Source of the DNA: the human T2T-CHM13v2.0 reference genome, Homo sapiens
Assembly: GCF_009914755.1 (NCBI RefSeq)
Contig: NC_060941.1
Length of the DNA stretch: 64,000 nt
Direction: 5' to 3' (one strand)
Below the pieces are notes generated by a model, which was not told the origin of the DNA, made no database searches, and saw only the letters and a list, made by a program, of their open reading frames with translations. Positions 1 through 15,674 of this stretch are shown here, in pieces (within the stretch, counting starts at the first letter, position 1; each line of letters opens with the position of its first letter). The translations under genes were made by a program, and so were the position numbers.

Positions 1-46
1 CTTTAGTTTAGTATTTTGGGGTCCCAAGGTTTATTTTCCTTTTACA
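1..46 (-). mobile_element. Terminal fragment of a MER4-group ERV1 LTR, cut by the window edge
   Basis: Reverse complement reads TGTAAAAGGAAAATAAACCTTGGGACCCCAAAATACTAAACTAAAG, resembling the recalled MER4-type LTR 5' end. Confidence 0.6.
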
Positions 47-1209
47 GTATAACAGCCTGTTTCATCAAATGCCTGTCGTTGCCCCTTTAGGTGGTTTATT
101 ATTATTTTTTAATTCATCATTCAACTTGAAGGTCACTTACGTTGTTCCACTTGTACATGAATTCATAGAAACCATGAGTACTGGGTGTTGGGTCAGACCA
201 CAACTGTTCACTGTGGGAAGCCTTTACTTCTGTCTCACCTCTGTGCCATTTCTCCCCTAGATCCACCCTGATTTCAGCGGGCGTTCCTGGGTCTTGTATG
301 CACTAGGTGCCCTCAATGCTTGGCAACTGGAATGGGTTAGCCTGGAGGCATTTAGGCTGTCCTTCTACAACCACAGAAGAGCCATCACTGGCAGAGAGAT
401 CCTTGGCGCAGTTAAGCAGAGATCTTCTCAGAAGAGCTTTTGAATAAATGAAGTTGTTCAGAATGGCCTTGTTAAAATGACTCACTTGTCAAAAAACTAG
501 ATGTGTTGGAAGGCTGGGTTGGAAGACAAGATGTCTGAGAAGCTGTCCTGCTGCATGAGGAGTTTCATTGCTACACACCTAGTCTCTGGGTCCTGTGTTT
601 TTGGCCTCCAGCTTACTTCGTGAACATAATAAAGGAAAGGCATTTTCTCTTGTGCATGCTATGTGTGCATGTGTGTATGTACTTGTTGTCTATGGCTATT
701 AATTTCTTATGTATACTACTCCCGTTTTGCGCTTACCCATTGTATTCTTTGAAGGACACAACTAGATCGATGACACTGTATACCCATCATCTCTCCCCAC
801 TCCAGACTGAGGGTGGAGACTGCTACACTAGAATGAACTGAGATCACAAAGGATTGGGGGCAAGTTGGGGGGCACGTATGTGGGGGTATTAATCCAGGGA
901 GAGGGGAGCTTGAAAGTAGACAGTATTGCCCAAACTTGCAGTGTAATGAGGACTGCTGCCAGCTTCTGGCTTTCTCCCTATCCACCTGTGCCTGCCTCTC
1001 CAACCTTAGCCCCCAACCTTTGCTTTGGCCGTAATTTTCCCTTTTACCTGGCTTGTGTAGATTGCTATGGCTCTTGACAGTGTTGAGACATTGTTTAGAC
1101 TCCTATGAGGAAAGACAATTTTTAAAATTTAAGCACCTCTGCCATGATTTACAGGAACTAAAGCAAAAGGTATCTGCTTGCTCTTTGAGTATAAGAATTG
1201 TGGCATTGG

Positions 1210-1526
<317 letters not shown>

Positions 1527-1638
1527 CTATGATGTAGCACTTATATATATTAATGTGTGTAATAAGTGTACAAGTGTCAAATGTATAATCTGGTCCCAAC
1601 TGCAGAAAAAAGACAATTATAATAGTATGATAAAATCA

Positions 1639-1939
<301 letters not shown>

Positions 1940-2304
1940 TCACGGTAAGGAGCAAAAGGGATAAATGGGATGATATGCTGTAGATAGGGGTGGGTGGGGA
2001 GCCTGGGGGAAGCCTGGGTAGGTGACATGAAGGAGAAGGTCTTAAGAATGGAGAAGGGTTCCTTAGCCCAGAGGCTAAGGAAAAAGCCTGAGCAAAGGCC
2101 CTGAGGCAGGCAGGACAGTTCTTGGATTAATTGGAGAAACTAAATGAAGCTGGGACAGCTGGGCTCTAGCAAGCAAGGAAGAAATACAATAGGAGATGAA
2201 GCTGGAGGAAAAGACTGGGGCCATGTGATGCAGGGCTTGGGTTTTACCTGGGTACAGAGGGACACCACTGAAGAATTTTAACTGGAGAATTGACATTTTA
2301 CTTA

Positions 2305-2433
2305 GGTGTTTTGTTTTCAGACAGAGTCTTTCTATGTTGCCCAGGCTGGTCTTAAGCTCCTGGGCTCAAGCCATCCTCCTGCCTTGACCTCCCAAGTAGC
2401 CTGGATTATAGGCATGTACCAACGTACCTGGCT
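2305..2433 (-). mobile_element. Alu left-monomer/FLAM-like fragment
   Basis: tgttgcccaggctggtcttaagctcctgggctcaagccatcctcctgcc...ggattataggcatg. Confidence 0.8.
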
Positions 2434-2559
2434 TTATTTTGTTTTGTTGTTGTTGTTGTTGTTTTTAGTTGAGATACAACCTACAGTAAAGTGTACGAAC
2501 CTTAAGCACACCACAAAGTTCTACATATGTATACCAGATTAAGATACAGAATGGCCCCA

Positions 2560-3460
2560 TCACTGACTTAGGTTTTAGACCTCTGTTGCCGCTGTCAATA
2601 ATGGATCACAAAGTGTGGAAATGAGAAGATTATTTAGAAATGTTCCATGTCAGTTTCGTAGAGAGGTGATGGTGATCCAGTTGAGTGTGAAAATGGAGAG
2701 AAGTGAGAAATTTGAAATGAATTTTGGAGAGAGAATACAACGTGCTCATGGAATGAATATGAGCATGTAGAAAAAAGTACTGATTCCTAGGTTTGGAGCT
2801 TGGGCATTGTGGGAAACAGCCATGCAATCTACAGAGATGGAGAAGACTAAACACAGGACAGGTGTTTTGGGGAGAGGAAGAAATTGAGAATTCCATTCTG
2901 GACATGCTCATTGTGAAATACCTATGAAACCTGCAAGTGAAGACGTGAAATAGATAGGACTGGGCCCAAAATACAAATCTGGGAGCCATCAGCATCAAAA
3001 GGCAATGTATAGATCAGCAGGAATGGATGAGATTACCCAGGAAGATGGGGTAAAAAGCAAAAGAGAAAACTATCCAGGAAAAAGACTGAAAAATTCTAAT
3101 ATTTAAAATCAGACAGTGGAGGAGCCAACAAAGGAAACCAAGGATAAATCTAAGAAAATCAGGAGAGGGTGGTGTCATGGAAGCCAAGAGGGAGAACATG
3201 GTCAGACTGGTGTTCACAATCCTGGTGGGAATGTGAGGATATTTATGTCCATTTGGTGACATGGGGGTCATGGTGATCTTGAGAAGTCAACTCAGTGGAG
3301 CACAGTGGGTATCAGCGAGATTTGAGCAAGTTGAAGAGAGAACGGGAGGTAGTTAGTAGAGACAGCTTTTTTTCTTATGGTGTTGAGATGAAAGGTGAAA
3401 TCTAGTTTGAAAGAGAAGAGAGACACAGGCTGGTAACTGGAGAGTCACTTGGTATATAAA
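2560..3460. mobile_element. Degenerate L2 LINE fragment
   Basis: Purine-rich diverged sequence with L2-like phrases (ttccattctggacatgctcattgtgaaatacc; gagggtggtgtcatggaagccaagaggga). Boundaries approximate. Confidence 0.6.
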
Positions 3461-5439
3461 GATTTTTAAGATGAGTGATACTAGATTTTAATTGTTCATT
3501 GGTGGGAATTCTCTAGCAGAGAGGGAGATATTAATCCAGAAGAAAGTAGAGAAAGCCAAAGGACCTTGAGAAAGTAAAGGGAGATGAGATACAGAGTAGA
3601 GGTGAAAGAGAAGATAGATACAAATTTTGGAAGGTTTAGATGTTTGGTGATGAAAACATGGAGTTGATACCTATTTCTTTTTTCTTTTCTAAATGGTACA
3701 AGTAAAGCAGAATAGGGGCATAGGAGGTTTAAAGATTAGATATGAAGTTGTTTGAGGGAGTAAGTGAGAGTTGGACACTTACGGACAGATGGATGACTAG
3801 GAATAAGTGCCTGTTTGAGATTTGTGATCATGAATCAAAAGCAAAGCCAGTCTTGGGTGACTTTCCCTAACTATGTGCTCCAGTGCCAGCATGGAGAACA
3901 CGGAGTTTGGGTTCTGCCAAGAGAGCTGGGAAGGAGAGAAGAGCAAGAGAGCAACTCCGTGGTGGCCTATGTGATCCAGGCCAGATGGTAGGACCAGAGG
4001 GTGAGAGGAGTGAGAATGGCATGGAGCTCAAGGGAAGCACAGAAGATGTCAGGCCTGTAAACAGAGGCTCCAAGAAGGAATTTCTCTCCCCAGCAATCTT
4101 CAACGTTAGCTCACAGATGAGGGCACTTGCTTTAGAAGCAGTGGTGACACCCAGTGACCACTCTTTGAAGTGCACCTTCTTGGTTTTAGGTTGTCAGCAG
4201 ATCCGGAAGTGTGTGTTTTTTTCCACTTGGGAGGCATCAGAGCCCTCACCATTCTCTCCATGGTTCTCTCTTGCAGGATTCTGTCCCATTGGTCCTGGAC
4301 ATTTCAAGGGGATGGAGAGGCTGCTGCTTAGGGGGGTAACTAGAAGTGGACTGAAGGCAATCTGGGGGCTGTTAGCTCCAGACCCCAGACCTGGCCTTCT
4401 CTGCTAGGTTCCTGCTGTCCTGAGACAGATCCTGAATCCTGGGATGGCTTTGGGTATTCTAAAGCCCTGCTTGGATTTAGAAAAATGCCAGGTAGTGACA
4501 TAATCCTCTTCCAGCCCACAGTTGTCCTGGGGAAATACCATCCTGGCTGACCCAGAACTGTGTGAGGACTCTCTTCTCAGCACCACCTCCCGAAAGTTGA
4601 CTGTTGCTGGGGTTCTAAGAGGGTTCCACTGTCTCCAGCTCCACTTGACCCAAGCACTGGGATCTGGCTTAGTCTAGAGAGAAACGCAGATTCCTCCCAA
4701 AGTCCTGTCAGTCATCAGAGGTACTGGGCATGACTTCTGGGCCAAGAAGTTGGGTGTCCCTTAGTTAGAGGGTATAGGGAAATACAAAGAGGACCAAGAC
4801 AGGACAGCCCCTTTGCAGCAACCTAAGGCACTTTTACTGTTCTGATCAATTACCCTGTACCAGGACATGCTGTTTCCCTTCCACTTTAAGAGGTTAGTAA
4901 ATCAGGTTTGAGTTCAAACACAAGAGGGTCACTGAGGCATGGGGTAGGTGAGGGAGGTGGTTTCTAAGGTGGTCAAGAAATGGAGGAAGACTGTTTCTGA
5001 CTCACCTCTATCCCTCTTCCCCATCTCTTATCTCACACTCCCCGGTTTGAACTGGACTTTGTACTTAGGGCAGCCTGGTGTCGTGGAAGGAGCCTGTGCT
5101 GAACTTGCAGTCGGGTCATCCCTTGGCCACATACCTGCTTCCACATCTGTAAAATGGTGATGTGGTGATGGCACATGGTTATGGTGAAAAATTAAACAAT
5201 GCACATGAAAGTGTTTCTTACACCAACACAATGCTTTGGTTTAAGGCATTACTATTAGATATTTATACCAAGGCAGATTTCACAGACATTAAGGAAAAAG
5301 AAAAAAGTTTTATGGCAATGAAATTCCATTAGAGGTGTATACCAGGCCCTGGGGGAACTCATCAGAGGCAAAGTGACCATTGATGTCTTTTCCAAGACTG
5401 AGAGAACACAGAAAGAGGTGGGTAAAGGAGAAGATCCAC

Positions 5440-5970
5440 CACTTGGAGTCAGACAGACTTAGCTTCTTATCCTGTATTTGCCAGTTACTAGTTGTGGCAT
5501 CTCACACAAGTTCTTGAACTTCCCAGATGCTCAGTGTACCCCTGTATAAAGTGGAGATAATTCCTCCCCGCTGACCTGTTGAGACAATTAAATGAAGTGC
5601 TGCCTGTAAAGCACCTTAAATAGAGTATGCACTCAGTGAATATGGTATCATGAAAATGAGTTAATTCAGGTCATCCCAAACTAAATATTTTGGACATATG
5701 TTATGGGCCAGGCACCAGGCTAGGTGGTGGGTGATTTTGTCTTATAACACAGCTTTTCAGATAGACAGTTCTAGTTCAAATCCTAGATTTACCACTTACC
5801 AGCTGTAGAAATGTATTTAACTTCTTCGAGCCCTAGTTTCTTCCTATATAAAGTGAGGGAGAATAATACCTATTTTGAGAGATTATTGTAATAATTATAT
5901 AATCTATGCAAAGTGCCTAGCACAGTACCTGGCATGAACAAAGTCTCAAAAATGACAGTGATTATAATTA
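5440..5970. mobile_element. Two MIR SINE fragments
   Basis: MIR core-like motifs: ggagtcagacagacttagc; ctagttcaaatcctagatttaccacttaccagctgt; aaagtgcctagcacagtacctggca. Confidence 0.7.
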
Positions 5971-7087
5971 ATATGATCATGCTGAAAATTAAAAGTAGGA
6001 GATGCTGATGTATCAGATTTAAAGCTGGACGCTTAAATAACTTTATTTATAGCATTAAATCCATCCTTGAACCAATCTTCTCTGCATTAACTAAAATATG
6101 GGATTTACTTCCCCTTATACACATCTACACATCACTCCCAAAATACTTAAAGCAAGATATTTCTATTGGCTGTAAAGAGGGACATGGTAAAATACGGAAA
6201 TGGGCAAGAGAGGACAGCTGTGTTATCTGTCTTTAAAGCTTTTTCAGGGAAGTCTTTTGAAGATTTTAAGTGTTTTAAGCCTCAATTGCCAGATGCATAT
6301 GCCCTGTGCACATGCCTTTTCCTCTAGGGAAACCCTGTTCAGGGTCTCAATGTCCCCTGGCCCAGCTGCCTTAACTTAGCGCAAATGCAAACTTGCCCTG
6401 TATCTCCAGTGGCTCAGAACTGCCCTGCTAGCTCTCAACCCTCCTCCACGCTTTTTCTTTTTCCTTGCTTCCTGGTCCTGCCCCCTCGCTCCAGCCAGAC
6501 CCACAGCAGTTCTGAGTGTTTGCTGACTTTCACTCCTCCAAGGAGGACGGGCTTTCGCTATGGTCTCTGTCCACGCCCACAGCTTAGAGAAAGCCTGATC
6601 AGTGTATACACAACCCCCTTCCTGGCTGGTGGCGCTGTCCTTGGAAAGCCATTTACTAGTCCATAAAAGGGCCTGAGCACTTAAAACAAACATGGACTCG
6701 GTCAAACCAGAAATTTAAAATTGCGGCACTTTAATTCAGGTCAACCTTCATTCTCTTTCCAATTCTGGTGCCTTACCCTGTCTGAGTGTTTCCCATGTGC
6801 TTAACCCTCCTGCTTCCCAGTGGCTGCCACACCCCAGCGGGCCTGTTGGTGCTGGGTGTGGGTGGAGAGTTCCCATCCCTGCTGTAGAATGACAGTGATG
6901 ATAGCTAAGCTTTATTTTCACTCCATGCACAGTGCTTACTGAGCACTAAGCTCCAGGCACTGTTCTAGATATTGGGGGTCAGCAGAGACCATGACAATAA
7001 AGTCCCTGCCCTTATGGAGCTTATATTCTGGAATGGGAGAAGTCATAAATATATCGCGCAGTGTCAGGTAGTGATACATGCCATTCA

Positions 7088-7990
<903 letters not shown>

Positions 7991-8259
7991 CCACATTTCA
8001 CAACAGAGCCAGGGGCACATCAATGATGGGAGGTGCTACTTTAGATAGGTTGATCTGGGAAGACTTCTCTGTGGAGGTGACTCTTGTGCAGGTCCCTGAG
8101 CAAAAGGAAGGAGGAGCCTTGGGAATAATGGGGGTAAGGATTCCAGGCAGAGGGCATTCCAGGCAGAGGGCACAGCAAATCACTGGAGTAGAATGAGCTT
8201 CACATGTTGGAGGAACATCTAGGAGGCCTCATTTTTCTTTTAATGTCATACAGTGATGA

Positions 8260-8490
8260 GCACTTAAAAAATCTGTGATAAAATATATACAACATAAACT
8301 TCCCCATTTAAACCATTTTGAAGTATACAGTTCACTGGAATTAAGTACATTCATGCTGTTACGCAGCTATCACCACAATCCATCTCTAGCACTTTTTAAT
8401 CATCTTCTCAAACTGAAACTCTGTGCCCATCAACAATGACTCCCCCTTCCTCCCTCCCCCAACCTCTGGCAACCACCATTCTACTTTCTA
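8260..8490 (-). mobile_element. Old L1 (L1MB-like) 3' end fragment
   Basis: aaccattttgaagtatacagttcactggaattaagtacattca...cctctggcaaccaccattctactttct. Confidence 0.75.
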
Positions 8491-10657
8491 GGTGTTAGCA
8501 CTTTAAATGTGTCATCTCATTTCATCCTCAAAACAACTGTAGGCCATGAGTTTTACTGTGATCCCCATTCTACAGATGAGGAAACGTAAACTGAGTGAAC
8601 TGTCTCAGATCACACGGCCATTAAGTGAGGGAAGGAGGTCTCCATTCACAGTGCTTCTGGCTCAGGCTCCTGCTTGTAACTGCGTACCTGGTAGGGGTTT
8701 AGGATGTCCTTCTGCCGCCCCTCTGAAAACATAGAGGTGAGTTGAGAGAGTTTCATGTGGATTACAGACAATGTGAGAAGCTTTTCTGGTTGGGACAGGA
8801 GGGGGTTTGTTGTACCTCACTGGTCCTGTCTGCCTGGAAGGAAGAGGCTCTTGCCCAGTGACGAGGATTGGGGAGAGAAGGGAGAGTAGGTAACCAACAT
8901 CTGTCTGCTATTCTCCTTTTCCATCTTTGTCTTCTGAGCTGTCTTTCAAGGGGTATCAGCTGCTCTGAGTGGATAAGCATGGGCATCTTTATTGCTTGGT
9001 GTCCAGTCAGCCAGGTAGCACTACCACCACTTATTTATTACTAGGTTATAACACAGTGCTAGGTGCTGCAAAGAGATTCATCCAGGAGCTACGCATGACA
9101 CAGATACAGCTATGCAACAGATATCAGAAGGAAAAAGCAAAACAAAAGGAAATCAAGATGAGACTAGCCAAAAAAGTACAGTACTTGAGTTACATCTGGA
9201 CCAGAGTAAGTCTGTTTTTGATGATGGAGTGTGTGCAAAATTGGGATGGAGTGGCTCTATTTGTTGCAGCTGGAGCCATGACCACCTGTCCTGTTCCAAT
9301 AACCAGGTTGTTGGAAGAGCTATCAGTTTCCTGGTTTGAGTGGTCTTGCTTTGGTACCAGGAGGTGTTGAGTTTCACTTCCTGCCTTCCCACATATAAGC
9401 TGAAAGAGCTCAGGCAAGTTGCCTTACCCTTCCAAGGCTATTTCTTCCTTTGCAAACATAATCATACCTACTTTTTAGGGTTGGTGAGAAGATCAAAAGA
9501 GATAAGGTGTGTCGGATGTCTAATCAGTGTTTGCTACATAGTAAGTGCTCAACAAATATTCATTCCTTGCTGAGTAGAGCACGAGTATGCACCCAGTGGC
9601 CAGGAGCCAAGCCTTCTTCCTCCTTATCATGGTCAGCACCATTTCTGACCTGCTGGCTTGTCCTCTCTAATCACTGGATTCAGCTTTCAATTTGGGGACC
9701 CTTGTTACACACTTTGCTGTTCAGACTTAGTGAGGAGAGGCCTTAGCTAGGGGTATTTGAATTTTGGGGAACAATCCAGCAATCATACCTCTTACCTATT
9801 TGGGGACAACCTCCTCACATGCAGTATATTGGAAGGCAGGATACTGCCTGTGCCTCACCTCCCACAGTGGAAGCAGACAGGGTGAGGTCCTACCCAGGAT
9901 TTGGGATCTAGAATGTAGGATAATGGAGAGGGGCACTTAGCCCCTAGAGCCTGCCCAGTTCTTAATCTTGGTCTTCAGTCTCCTGCTGATTCTGTGGGCA
10001 CCCTCTTGTCCTTTCAACAAGTCCCCTTTCCTCGTGGGACAATCATTTTCTGTTGCTTGCAATTCAGTCTTGTGCAACACTGAGGTCTTCTCAGATCAAT
10101 CCTGAGAGAGATTTCAAGGGGCCTTGGGATGTTAGAACAATGGGAGACAGCTGGCTAGAAAAGGTACTGGGCACAACCTTGGTACAACTCTTTCCTCCCA
10201 GCAGCAGGTTAGTGGGTGGTTAATTGGGGCATGCATACTGTCAGCTCCAGGCAGTCGCTGAGCTGTTTATTCACTTGTTTATATGTTTGCTTGTTTTTTG
10301 GTAAGTGTATGTCTTTTCTATGTGTGCTTCAACCTCCTCAAGATTAAAGCTTTCTTTTACATCTCTTGTACAGAGTCACAGAACCCCAGACCTGGAAGAG
10401 GCCACAAGAGATCATGTGGTTTTAGCTTCTTACCTCAAGGCCACCAAATGTTTAACCACCCAACACAAATAGAAATAGTTCGTCTCAGAGACTCTCCAAG
10501 AAATGGACACATTTAATGTCCCCAGTCACCCATTCCAACGCTGGCTGCTTTGCTTTGAGCCTATTTTCCTTACACAGATTGTAATGCTTGTAGCTTCTTC
10601 ATGAAAGCACTTCAGAGGATTATAAAATCATCCCTCAGCCTTCTTTTCCCTGAGAGC

Positions 10658-11167
<510 letters not shown>

Positions 11168-11705
11168 TGAGGCAGGAGAATAGGGTCTGGAGGCAGGGAA
11201 CCCAAGGCTGATTCACCCTGAATTCCTAGAACTAAATCAAAAGGAAAACCCCAACTTTCAACACCTAAGCAACAAAAGGACCAGAGGCTACTCCCTTTGC
11301 AAACCACCCTGCCTTTCTGCTTGGCAGATAGAAAATTGAAAGTACCTCTGATAGATTGCTTTCCAAAACCAATCAGACATTTGCATAGGAGGGTAACTTT
11401 GTAACTTCACTTCAGCCTCTGATTGTGGAAAGCAACCAATTAGACTGATTGCAGGCCACCACTTCATTTGCATGGGGTGAATACCAAGTGCCCAATAGGA
11501 AACCTCTAGAGGGTGTTTGGACCCCAGAAAATTCTGTAATGGGGGCTCTGGAGCCCCTATGCTTGGGCCCGCTCCCACCCTGTGGTGTGTGCTTTCATTT
11601 TCAATAAATCTCTGCTTTTGTTGCTTCATTCTTTCCTTGCTTAGTGCATTTTGTCTAATTCTTTGTTCAAAATGCCAAGAACCTGGAGACCCTCCACCGG
11701 TAACA
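11168..11705 (+). mobile_element. 5' LTR of a MER51-type ERV1 provirus
   Basis: TGAGGCAGGAGAATAGGGTCTGGAGGCAGGGAAC...GGTAACA, with CCAAT boxes and AATAAA near 11603. Followed by tggtgagccagcc at the PBS position. Homologous to 20052-21112. Confidence 0.88.
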
Positions 11706-11789
11706 TATTTTGGTGAGCCAGCCAAAAGGTAAGCCCAAAGTTTGGGGTTTATTTTTCTCCTTTCTGCTCCATACAGGGTAATCTCTCTG

Positions 11790-11833
<44 letters not shown>

Positions 11834-14199
11834 CCTTTGCAACTCGGGTCCCTTGGTGAGCAGTGCCTAAGCATGGAGGCAACTCTAGGTCTCTGGCTGT
11901 GGCAGGTGAACTGAAAGGGTTTTCCATGTGGAGGCACCTAACTGCCACCGCCTGGTTTGCTTAAGGGACCTGGGTATTTTTCCTTTCTTTCTTTTTCAGT
12001 CTTTCAGTGGCTGTTTCCTAGCAGCTCCTTGGTAATTGAGGGCAACTGGCTGGGACCACTCTCCAGTGTTGCCTGAAGGCAAAGGAGTGAATGGGGATAA
12101 CTGCCCTGCCCAGAAGCAGGAAGGACTCTTCTGTCTTTTCTGGTTGTGGTCCCTGATCGCTACATGTGGCACAGCTTGGGGCGAACTCACAAGTGTTTCA
12201 GGCGACTTAAACCTTTTCTTATGCTAAATTCTTCCCTTCTCCTACTCGACTGGCTAAGGGCAAAAGAAACCCACTCAGCCTCCAGTTCCTGTCATTAAAG
12301 TTCATGGCTATCTCTAGTGGAATGAAGAGCATGGGAAATTGTGGCCTTAACAAATTATAAGAGTGCTGTAAGTCCAGGCCTTCATCCAAGGATAAAAGGA
12401 AAGCTCATAGTAGGCCATGACCTCTGGAGGGAAAACATGCAAAGTGGCACTGGTGCCCATCTAAGGTCAGAGACATCTGACACTCTAAGATTGGACCCCA
12501 AAGGGGGACACTCTGGGGGATCCTCTGGACCACAACCTCTCCAAAGAGAACGCCCTCGGCAGAGGTTCTTAGGCCTAGTACTAAGCCCTCGTTAGAATTT
12601 TCTCTTGCAGTTGCGATACTGTTTGGCCCCAATATTGTTTGGAATCTGGAGTTTGCTGTTGAATGGGAAAGTAGGATGGAGTTGCATGTATCCAGGCTTT
12701 AGTGCTGCTGTCCTAAGCAGGGTTGGGTCTGGTTAATATGTGATGCTCTCCTTTGGTGCTGTTTGGCCCCAGTGTTCTTTGGAATCTGGGGCGGTCTGGC
12801 CTTTAAAAATCAAACTGCTTTACCTGAAATTTTGGTTCACGGCCTTCATTGGATTACCTATTGGGGCAAACAAAGTAAAACTGGCAAGCTTGTATTGCTA
12901 TCTCATGGCTAGGATTCCAAGGTAAAAGGTATTGGATCTTCATTTATTTGTGTGTAGTGTGTATACATGTCTAGATGTGTTTATTTGTATGTATGCTTAT
13001 TGTTATATGTTGTGTCTACCAAACTGGCTTGTAAGTAAAAGAGCCCTCATAAATTAAATAAATAAGTTTAAGCAATGTTCAAGTTCATGTGACTTAAGTA
13101 TAACTTTACTAAACAAGCTGCTTTTAAAATTATTGGTAAAATAAAAATAGAAATGCCTTCAGAACTGTCAGCATACACTTTTGTCTGGATTTTATATTTG
13201 TCTCTGCTAGATATTTTGAGGTGTCCAGGTTTGGCATAGAAAGTTATAAAACTATAAACCCAGCCAAAACAAAGTGATCTTGGTTTGCGTGCCCTTTTTA
13301 TTGACAAACATGAGTAATTTAATGTTGTCAGCTAAATCTTGTGATTTATTAGCAAAAATACCTATGTATTTAACTTTGAGACTCTTACTTAGGTTTAGGT
13401 GAGCACCTGATGTTCACTGGCTATTCAAAACGTAGTTAACAAGGAAATAACTAACTTTAAATGATAGCATCTAATATCTCAGTTTACAGAAGTTATCTAG
13501 ATAAATGTAAGTGAAAGAATTGAGTATATGTAAATGGGATAAATGTTTTATGTAAATGTTTTGTGTAAATTAAAATCTTAAAATTATTTTTGATGCTCGT
13601 TGAATATGTGGGTCATTTCCAATTAAGAAAGGGTTGTGGTATGGGGAAATATATTTTTAAAAACTGTGGGATTGTTCTTATCTATAAATGCCCATGTCTG
13701 ATCGTTCAAGATTTCTTGCTTTTTAGTGTTTTGCTAAAGTTTTAGGTTACTAAGGACAAAATGTGCCAAAAAAGTTTGTGATATTAGTGAGAAAAATAAT
13801 AATTTTGTCTAATTCAGAAGTTATCTAAAAGTTAGTTCAAATTACAGATTTGAAAAAGTTGTTTATGAAACAATGTAGTAAGGAACCAGTAAGTAGGGAA
13901 GAAACATGTGGAAAAGTTTAGATAATAAAATATTATTTAAAACCTCATAGAGAATTGGAGAAATTTGGCTAATTAACATTTTCATAGTTAAAGCTCTTAG
14001 TCTTGATTAAAGTAAAATAAGAAATATTGTAAAAAAATGCATTGGCAGTTTGGCAATTCTTTTTTAATATAGTTAAGCCGTGTTTTTCTGTGTGGAGTCA
14101 AATTTCATATACATACTTGCATTGCTTCACACTATGTTTACTGTTTTGCATGGATAGTGCTGGCACTGGAGTACTTACTGATTATGTGCCTGGAGTTAA

Positions 14200-14532
<333 letters not shown>

Positions 14533-15024
14533 TGATATTGGTGAGCTTAAGGATACTGAATTGTATATCAGGAATAAAATATTCATTATGTGGGTTTTTC
14601 TGGCGGGGAGCTCTGGGTAACACTGCTGCCTCCCGGGTAGATTGAGTAGGAGAAATTTAGGGTTGGTTTCCTGTTTGTTTGTGCTTCTAATTTTTATTTG
14701 TTTGCTGTTTACGCTCCTCTGGGCTTTGCTTATGTACGCATATATATAAAACCATGATTTTTTTTAGTTTCTAGTGGAAGGCTTTTATTCGGTTCTATGA
14801 ATAGTTATTTTGTTTCCTATGCATTTCTAGCAAGTCATCATTTGTTCCATTTGTCTGGAATTTCTAGGCTACCTTTGTTGGGTTCACAGGAATTGATGGA
14901 ACACACCAGCTTGTTAACTTTAAACTAACTTTTTGGATATTAGATTCCCTGATACTTTAAGTGTATTGAGTATGCTTTCAAGTCATATTTTTCTCTCTCT
15001 GCCTAATTTGTCCAGACTTTGTAA

Positions 15025-15223
<199 letters not shown>

Positions 15224-15674
15224 TAATTCATGGCAATGTTTGTGTTTGCATATAGTTGAGCCAGGGTCACTAGGGCTGCTCAGGGAGAGAGAACCCAGAA
15301 ACCTGATACGCAGCAAAAGGGTAAGAATTTCATACCAGTCGGACCTCTGGCCTCTCTTTCTCTGTGCAAACCGGTTGAATGAATGGTAAAAGATTATAAG
15401 AAGGCATGGGAATGTAAATTTTTGTAAGCCTTTAGCATATTTAATAGGCTTCCCAAAATCAAATTTCAGCTTACATATTTAGTTACATGGGAAGCATTGT
15501 CAAAATAAAAAAATGTTTAATTTTCTTCAGGTTATATTTCAGTGACTATTAATATATGTTACAAAATTGTATGGGATTTCTAAAATTCTAAATATGTCTG
15601 AGTATATGCTATCATTCATAATTATGTTTATTATGTTAACTTACTGTAGACCACAGAAATAACCAAATTTCTTT

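Noticed and set aside
3883-4407. 174-aa ORF
   Set aside because: Non-ATG start, no recognisable motif, no supporting splice context.
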